Source: a virus
Lineage: Duplodnaviria > Caudoviricetes
DNA: 50,595 nucleotides
Direction: 5' to 3' (one strand)
IMG/VR virus record: IMGVR_UViG_3300009604_000003
Coordinates: 1-50,595 of that record
Shown here: one piece after another, positions 1 to 5,669 of the stretch
Numbering within the stretch: position 1 is the stretch's first letter
How the letters are laid out: each line of letters begins with the position of its first letter
Program-made: the position numbers and the translations under genes
The notes under the pieces: generated by a model
What the model was told of the DNA's origin: nothing
The model's database searches: none
What the model saw: only the letters and a program-made list of their open reading frames with translations

Positions 1-123
1 ATTGCCTCTTGTTCCTCGTTTAGTTTGTCAATAGCCAAGCATAGTGCTTGTCCTATGATGAACTGTCCACGCATACCCCGTGCAAACTCTGCTGCTTCTT
101 CTGACATATCATCCCCTTTCTAA
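1..123. repeat. Terminal direct repeat (copy 1), circular-assembly overlap
   Basis: Bases 1-123 are identical to 50473-50595; the repeat lies inside a gene that continues across the junction. Confidence 0.95.
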
Positions 124-528
124 GACCGCTCTAACCCTGTTCCAATACTTCTTGGTCTGATCCTTGTAATGACCAAGTGGACCACCATTCCATATCCTCG
201 CCTTATCCTGATCGGTAGGCTCCCGTCCTAGTCTCTCGTGAGTGGCATACCTGTCTTGGTACGCCCTGAATACTAGAACTGCGTAGTCTAGCCGATCACA
301 ATCAGACCACTCGCCTTCTAAGTTTGCGTCTATCCATGCTGAACGTGTGATCTGAAGGGGTCCACGTTCCTCGTGTTTGCCCCATATAGTTCCTTCACGT
401 GAGCCTGTTTCGACCTGCCAGATCGCTGCTTCAAGGGGAGTGAGATTGCTAGTCTCCTCCCCATGAAGTGCGACCTTAGCACCGATTAGAATCGAACTAA
501 TGAACAGTGCTAAGTACACATATCTCAT
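109..528 (-). CDS. Invertebrate-type (destabilase-like) lysozyme with N-terminal hydrophobic signal/anchor
   Basis: AIWQVET, GPLQITRSAWIDA and ARIWNGGPLG...YWNRV motifs typical of i-type lysozymes; start placed at ATG 528, which overlaps the upstream stop (ATGA). Confidence 0.75.
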   Translation of the reverse strand: MRYVYLALFISSILIGAKVALHGEETSNLTPLEAAIWQVETGSREGTIWGKHEERGPLQITRSAWIDANLEGEWSDCDRLDYAVLVFRAYQDRYATHERLGREPTDQDKARIWNGGPLGHYKDQTKKYWNRVRAVLERG

Positions 529-749
529 GCTTTCAAGCCCTCCCATGTACCTGAATCGGTATCAAACTCAACGCCTTTACGTGAGAGTTCTGCCCCAAGT
601 TCTTTACAGGTCCAGCCTACGCTAGTCGCAGGATTCATACCCTCGATACCGAGGTGCTTCTTAGCACGATCACGAAAACCTTTCCGGTCATCCTTTGATG
701 AACCGAACATGTCAGCAAAACTCGGCTGACTTTCTTGCTTAGTAGTCAT
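525..749 (-). CDS. Hypothetical early protein
   Basis: 74-aa ORF with a purine-rich SD-like site, coupled to the downstream gene. Confidence 0.7.
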   Translation of the reverse strand: MTTKQESQPSFADMFGSSKDDRKGFRDRAKKHLGIEGMNPATSVGWTCKELGAELSRKGVEFDTDSGTWEGLKA

Positions 750-840
750 ATGACTACCCCCTTTCTATGGAGAAGGAACTGAATGGGCTGTCGCCCACCC
801 AGTCCCCGGAGTAACACTGCAATGAGGAAGTGTTAGTTCT

Positions 841-1893
841 TTATGCCATGGCTCTGTATACCTCTTCCCCGTGCTTCTCTCCGACTAACTGATGGAGTAG
901 TCCCATCACCCTGTCACACTGATCCCCACCCTCTCCCCACGATGTCTCTACTATCGTATCCAGTCCCAGTGCATCACGAACGTAGTCCTTAGTTTCCAAT
1001 GCCCTTCCATGACTAGGATCACCGATACATGAGGATCTCTGTATCTGGAAGCAGTATCTCCTGAACAGACCGGGGACTCCTACACTCATGATCCGTTCAA
1101 CATCGAGAGGTTCGTGTCCCCCCTTCATAGGCCACATGATTGCCACGTTGTAGTCATCCCAACAGGTTCCAGTGTGACCTCCATCTGGATCACCAGTAAC
1201 TGGCGAACCATCTGGATCCTTAGTCCCATCATCCCAAGGGGGATGATCTTGGTGCTGGTTGGACAGCCCCCATATCTCCACTCCATATCCCAGTGCTGTC
1301 AGTCTCTCACATAAGCAGGCTGCCATTGCTGACATCCTGCCGAACGTCTCCTCACTGTTTCCCCATGAGACACAGACATTTATTCCGATTTTGATGATCG
1401 GATTCACACCGATGTTGGTAACGCTATCGAATACCGGGATCGGTCGGTCTGTGAACGTGGACTCTAGGTGACGTATGGGATGGACAAATCCACCACACCA
1501 GTCGTACTCATGCTTTCTTCGAGCGGACTGGCACTCTTCCATCGGCAACTCTAGTCCCATTCGAGCAGTGATTTCGGTGTTCAACTCGTGATAGATCTCA
1601 CGGCACTTATCCGATGGAGCCTTTCCTTGTAAGAGAATCTCGTCGGTCCCCTTGCTTCCATGTGAACCGAACACCCATTCATCATCGTGATCTCGACCAT
1701 ACTTCACTCCGTAGTGAGTATCCTCATCGAAAGGACGCTCCGTTTCTGCTTGGCGCATGAGATCAGTAAGGGACGGGAACCTTATCTCATGTACTTTGTG
1801 CCACTGAACACCGCCATCGTCAGCCTTGTTCACCCATCGAACATCTGCTCTAAGGGCACCCGGCATCTCATGGATTCTCATATCGTTACTCAT
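841..1893 (-). CDS. Probable VWA/CobT-like partner of the MoxR AAA+ ATPase
   Basis: Overlaps the AAA+ gene end; degenerate MIDAS-like strand IKIGINVCVSWG followed by helix-strand LTALGYGVEIW; MoxR-VWA pairing is common. Confidence 0.55.
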   Translation of the reverse strand: MSNDMRIHEMPGALRADVRWVNKADDGGVQWHKVHEIRFPSLTDLMRQAETERPFDEDTHYGVKYGRDHDDEWVFGSHGSKGTDEILLQGKAPSDKCREIYHELNTEITARMGLELPMEECQSARRKHEYDWCGGFVHPIRHLESTFTDRPIPVFDSVTNIGVNPIIKIGINVCVSWGNSEETFGRMSAMAACLCERLTALGYGVEIWGLSNQHQDHPPWDDGTKDPDGSPVTGDPDGGHTGTCWDDYNVAIMWPMKGGHEPLDVERIMSVGVPGLFRRYCFQIQRSSCIGDPSHGRALETKDYVRDALGLDTIVETSWGEGGDQCDRVMGLLHQLVGEKHGEEVYRAMA

Positions 1894-3166
1894 CGTCGAT
1901 CACCTTTGCCCTTTCCTCGTCAGTCCAGTCTGCCATGCAAGCCTTCATGATTGAGTCATCACTCTTGCCGTCTCCATTGACACGACCTGCTTCGGTACAG
2001 CGATAGTGAACCGCTCTAGCAGCAGCAGCCACCGTCCTAGTGGATGGAATCCTGTGGGGGAGGTTCGCTTTAGCACACTTCTTCCGAAGTTTGTGAATCC
2101 TCTCCAGTAATCCCAGTGCATCCTGAAGGATACGGCGTTCTAGATTCTCGTCATACCCTACGAATATTCGGCATAGACCGGGGAAGCGATCCATCACAGC
2201 AGCATCCTGCTTCATACGACCTGTGTACTCCCCAGTGGGACCACACAGGGTATTCATAGCGATGATGGGGATGAAGTCCGGGTGCTGTGTAGCCATCGGC
2301 TTATCCCTCCTGAATGGCACGGGTCCATGGCCGTTACCGTCATAGAACGGGTTTAGTCCCACTGCTGCATTCGGTTCGAGGTTATCGAACTCATCGCTGA
2401 AGTGGATGCCCCCGTTTTCGTACATGTTCAGCATCTCATGCTCATTGAAGCCACCAGTTCGAGCGTCTGGAATGCCGAGGTAATCGAACACGGTAGTGCG
2501 GTTAGTGCAGGAGATCTCACTGAACGGCAGTCCAAGTGCCTTGGCAATCGAGGACACCATTCGAGACTTCCCAGTACCACGGGGACCATGGAGTAGGACT
2601 CGTTGCTGCTCCATGACAGTCTGTAGTACCGATGGGAACGCTTCATGCTGGTCATAAACGCCGTGCTTTTGCTGACGTTCAGGAACAGTGACCTCGATCT
2701 TCACTCGACAGTGATCGATAGCAACCTTCTCAGCAACGTCAGCAGCAGCCTCTTTAGCGACCCTTCTAACCTCGGTCCAGTCCACCTCAGCAGAGCCAAC
2801 CAAGTCCTTGATCGTACTAATGAGGACATGATCCTCTCTGGTTGGTTCGTCTTTGAACCAGTAAGAGTCATGTGAGGGATCGATCCCCAGTTCCTCACAT
2901 GCTGCTGACCATCCAGCCCAACCCGTTCCTGTCTCTTCGGGCCTGTTCTCCCATCGGGACATGTAAATCACCTTGGCGATTGCATCTCCTGAGATGGCAG
3001 CCTTACGAACCTCGTGTTTACGAGCAAAGTTCAGGCTATTCGGGAAATGCCCTTCACGGCACCTTGCGAGGTAGTCTTTGAAACCCCTCGCAGTCATGCC
3101 GTACGTATCCGTGTCCCATCTATCTGATGGTATCGGATCGAATGACATATAATCGTTATCTAACAT
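1886..3166 (-). CDS. MoxR/CobS-like AAA+ ATPase
   Basis: Walker A GPRGTGKS, Walker B IHFSDEFD, HPDFIPIIAMNT sensor, DAAVMDRF arginine finger; AGGAG SD. Confidence 0.9.
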   Translation of the reverse strand: MLDNDYMSFDPIPSDRWDTDTYGMTARGFKDYLARCREGHFPNSLNFARKHEVRKAAISGDAIAKVIYMSRWENRPEETGTGWAGWSAACEELGIDPSHDSYWFKDEPTREDHVLISTIKDLVGSAEVDWTEVRRVAKEAAADVAEKVAIDHCRVKIEVTVPERQQKHGVYDQHEAFPSVLQTVMEQQRVLLHGPRGTGKSRMVSSIAKALGLPFSEISCTNRTTVFDYLGIPDARTGGFNEHEMLNMYENGGIHFSDEFDNLEPNAAVGLNPFYDGNGHGPVPFRRDKPMATQHPDFIPIIAMNTLCGPTGEYTGRMKQDAAVMDRFPGLCRIFVGYDENLERRILQDALGLLERIHKLRKKCAKANLPHRIPSTRTVAAAARAVHYRCTEAGRVNGDGKSDDSIMKACMADWTDEERAKVIDDE

Positions 3167-3215
3167 TGCACTGACTCCTACTAAACGATGAAAAACAAAT
3201 CAAAATCTGGCCTCT

Positions 3216-3268
3216 CTCCCCCTCCCCCCTCTCTCTTCATTCTGAAGAGAGAGAGGGGGGAGGGGGAG
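3216..3268. promoter_or_regulatory. Conserved bulged hairpin, copy A (core CTCTCTTCA-TTC-TGAAGAGAG)
   Basis: 24-bp stem, 3-nt loop, 2 extra nt in right arm; same core at 47380 and 50238. Confidence 0.8.
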
Positions 3269-3299
3269 GTATCCGGCTTCCCCCTCTCACGTTCCTGTT

Positions 3300-3423
3300 C
3301 CTGTATATGTGAACTCCTGTACATGTGAACTGCTCCTGTACATGTGAACTGCTCCTGTAACTGCACCTGTACATGTGAACTTCACCTGCACCTGTGTATG
3401 TGAACTTCACCTGTACATGTGAA
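3300..3423. repeat. Tandem CCTGTRYATGTGAA repeats (6 full copies, 1 truncated)
   Basis: Copies at about 3300, 3316, 3335, 3366, 3391, 3410. Confidence 0.9.
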
Positions 3424-3426
3424 AGC

Positions 3427-3537
3427 CTCACGTGAGGGAGTCGCACCCTCACGTGAGAATGGAGAGTTATATCTCACGTGAGGAGATCATCCTCACATGA
3501 GAAAACTCACGTAAGAGAGAGTTATCTCTCACGTGAG
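3427..3537. repeat. Array of CTCACGTGAG palindromes (4 perfect, 2 variant)
   Basis: Perfect at 3427, 3448, 3473, 3528; CTCACATGAG at 3492; CTCACGTAAG at 3506. Confidence 0.9.
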
Positions 3538-3550
3538 GGAAGGGAGAAAA

Positions 3551-3584
3551 ACTCCCTAGAGAGAGGGAAGTCCCTCTAGGGAGT
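3551..3584. other. Inverted repeat/hairpin downstream of early gene 2
   Basis: ACTCCCTAGAG...CTCTAGGGAGT, 11-bp arms with inner GAGGGA/TCCCTC. Confidence 0.7.
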
Positions 3585-3592
3585 GGGATTGA

Positions 3593-3892
3593 TCAGACCA
3601 TGGCAACCTCCCTTGGAACGAACGGGATTCCCTCCTGAAGGAGGAATCGTTCAGCCTCATCCCTCAGTATGGAGTAGTTGTAGTCCCCGTCTCCATTCAG
3701 ATCGAAGAGGTTGACATCCTCTCCTTCCTGAACAAAACCGTGAGAGAAAGCGAAGAAGATGAACTTGATGTCATTCTTCACGAACTCTGTAACTGAAACA
3801 GGTTCCTTCACGTGAAGGACTGTCTCTGTACCGCTAACGGGAAGTCCTGAAACTGTGACTCTCTCAGTCATAGACTCATTGAATAAACTCAT
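3593..3892 (-). CDS. Hypothetical immediate-early protein (acidic C-terminal half)
   Basis: 99-aa ORF with AGGGAG SD; hairpins inside the coding sequence. Confidence 0.75.
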   Translation of the reverse strand: MSLFNESMTERVTVSGLPVSGTETVLHVKEPVSVTEFVKNDIKFIFFAFSHGFVQEGEDVNLFDLNGDGDYNYSILRDEAERFLLQEGIPFVPREVAMV

Positions 3893-3938
3893 TGCTGTAC
3901 TCCCTTTCAGAGTAGAACTAAAGACTAAAATGGAAAAA

Positions 3939-3993
3939 CTCCCCCTCTCTCGGAGAGAGAGAGGGAGCGGATTCGATCTCTTCAGAAGAGATC
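3939..3993. other. Two adjacent intergenic hairpins
   Basis: CTCCCCCTCTCTC-GGA-GAGAGAGAGGGAG and GATCTCTTC-A-GAAGAGATC. Confidence 0.7.
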
Positions 3994-4477
3994 AGACTTG
4001 GTTACAGATCCAACGAGAGGTCTTCACTCTCTTAGCATTGTGAAAGATCTTGTTGAAGATCATTCCAGACTGAGAGACTCTCTCTTCAATGGGAAGAGAA
4101 AGCCAGTTCTCAATGGCAAAGTGCTGAGCCTTTGAAGCCCAAACTCGGTTCTCTAGGGAGAACCGGACATTCACTTCCAAACCGGGAAGTTGAGAGGCTT
4201 TCAGGGGAGGAACTGGCCATCCAGACAGTTTCACCAGAGACCTTCCCTCTTCAGCAGGGAGACAGTGAAACTTGATCTCAGTTTCAGTAGGAACTGAAAC
4301 TGGAGCCTCGTTCCCAGAACTCACAGAGTGAGTTCTGGAGAGTTCCATTTGGAGTTGGATCAGAGCCTTGGTACTGAGTCCTTGGAATGTAGCACCTCTC
4401 ATTGAAGGATGGTCCTTCTTGATCCTAGAGATGATACTTTTTCTTGGACTGAGACGATTCTTTGTTGAAACTGTCAT
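3992..4477 (-). CDS. Hypothetical immediate-early protein (first gene of the leftward transcript)
   Basis: 161-aa ORF with AGGAG SD; basic N-terminus; dense internal hairpins. Confidence 0.75.
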   Translation of the reverse strand: MTVSTKNRLSPRKSIISRIKKDHPSMRGATFQGLSTKALIQLQMELSRTHSVSSGNEAPVSVPTETEIKFHCLPAEEGRSLVKLSGWPVPPLKASQLPGLEVNVRFSLENRVWASKAQHFAIENWLSLPIEERVSQSGMIFNKIFHNAKRVKTSRWICNQV

Positions 4478-4539
4478 TGCAGAAATCTCCTAAATCGAAG
4501 AGGAAGAAATCCGAGCCGAGCCGAAACTTTTTCAGCCCG

Positions 4540-4651
4540 CTGCCCTTCTTTCTTCTCTCTTCTGTTCTCTTGAAGAGGGAAATCTCTCTCCCCTCACTTT
4601 GTTCGGGGAGAGATATTTCCCGTCGAACAGAAGAGAGAGAAAGAAGGGCAG
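4540..4651. promoter_or_regulatory. Long imperfect stem-loop upstream of the first early gene
   Basis: 27-bp outer stem with 1-nt bulge, plus 17-bp inner stem GGGAAATCTCTCTCCCC/GGGGAGAGATATTTCCC with one mismatch. Confidence 0.7.
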
Positions 4652-4709
4652 TACTTGCCATCTAACTATCTCCTAGTACTAAAGACATATGGCGTCGGCC
4701 TCGAAAATC

Positions 4710-4738
4710 GGGGGGAGGAGGGAGGGGAGGAGAGGGGG
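4710..4738 (+). other. Polypurine tract matching the G-quadruplex consensus
   Basis: G6-AGGA-G3-A-G4-AGGAGA-G5. Confidence 0.55.
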
Positions 4739-4812
4739 AAGTACAGATAACTAAGAAGACCGGACATCTTTGATGCTTACTTATCTATTAGAACTTACTA
4801 AGTCTCTTCACG

Positions 4813-5111
4813 ACAAACACTTAGAATCCATAGGATTATAAGTGTTTGTGAAACTCTGGTTTACCAGAGTTTCACGGCGCACGTTGGGTCACACAGTACA
4901 GAGTACTGTGTGACCCCGATCTGATTTCAAAGTACCACTTAGCATATCTCTTTGGAGATATGCTAAGTGAACCCAGCCACAACGTACCCCTTACTCTGTA
5001 AGGGGTACGTTGGTTTTCCAGAGCCGATCATCGCTTTACAGTACTAACAGGGTTAGTACTGTAAAGCGTACGCGTCTCAGGGGTCGGGTCACATCGTGAC
5101 CCGACCCCTGA
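4813..5111. repeat. Array of seven tandem sequence-distinct hairpins
   Basis: Stems of 13-17 bp with loops of 2-4 nt at 4813-4849, 4848-4875, 4886-4916, 4936-4969, 4980-5012, 5032-5068, 5077-5111. Confidence 0.95.
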
Positions 5112-5197
5112 CGGCGGGGTTGCTTTTTAGTTATAACCTGCCCCAAGCAAATCTAAATATTTTTGGTACACTCCAGACGATCACAGGAGGATCTCAA

Positions 5198-5554
5198 ATG
5201 GATATACCTATCCCTAAAAAAGCGTGGCCTATTACTGATAAGTTCTTGGTGTACCCCGATCCACCCGACAAGGAAACAGAGGCGGGTATTATAATCACCG
5301 CAAGTTACCCCAAGTTCACTGGAACTGTAGTCAAGTTACCAGCAGATATTGAGGCGATTGATAGTCGTGGTTCATCGCACACTAAGTTCGATGCGAAGAA
5401 GAACGATATCGGCACGTTTGTTACTGTCGGTTCACGAATCCAATGGTCTAGTCAAACCGGATTCGCGGTTCCAGTTACCGTAGATGTAGATGGGGAAGAC
5501 ACTGACTATCTTCTATTCACCATTAGAGATGTGGATTTGATACTAGATGTTTGA
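5198..5554 (+). CDS. groES: GroES-like co-chaperonin
   Basis: PITDKFLV, ETEAGIII mobile loop, GTVV, VTVGSRI, DGE..YLL..RDV pattern; ATG 5198 follows an AGGAGG SD. Confidence 0.8.
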   Translation: MDIPIPKKAWPITDKFLVYPDPPDKETEAGIIITASYPKFTGTVVKLPADIEAIDSRGSSHTKFDAKKNDIGTFVTVGSRIQWSSQTGFAVPVTVDVDGEDTDYLLFTIRDVDLILDV

Positions 5555-5669
5555 ATTGCCTTTTTTAACTATGATCGCAGATAAATGGAAACTTCCCTTC
5601 GATGAGGGAGAAGGTGATATATTAATAATAGAAGAAGAAGAAGAACCAGAGGACGAACCTGATGGTTAG
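5547..5669 (+). CDS. Small acidic protein (40 aa), not in the ORF track
   Basis: MFELPFLTMIADKWKLPFDEGEGDILIIEEEEEPEDEPDG; overlaps the groES stop and the terL start. Confidence 0.4.
   Translation: MFELPFLTMIADKWKLPFDEGEGDILIIEEEEEPEDEPDG

Noticed and set aside
1-123. 123-bp terminal repeat as a biological DTR
   Set aside because: It falls inside a gene in the middle of the early operon, so it is best explained as assembler overlap of a circular contig
3181-3452. ORFs 3181-3366 and 3237-3452
   Set aside because: They are translations of the repeat arrays and hairpin A, with no SD or protein-like features
4425-4665. ORFs 4425-4661 (-) and 4462-4665 (+)
   Set aside because: Mirror-image products of the long inverted repeat
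4813-5111. CRISPR array or run of intrinsic terminators
   Set aside because: No repeated unit with spacers and no cas genes; hairpins differ in sequence and lack consistent U-tracts
5096-5197. N-terminal extension of the groES ORF
   Set aside because: The GTG start lies within hairpin 7; the AGGAGG-ATG at 5198 fits GroES
5100-5600. Sigma70 promoters for the late operon
   Set aside because: Candidate -35/-10 pairs have poor matches or wrong spacing
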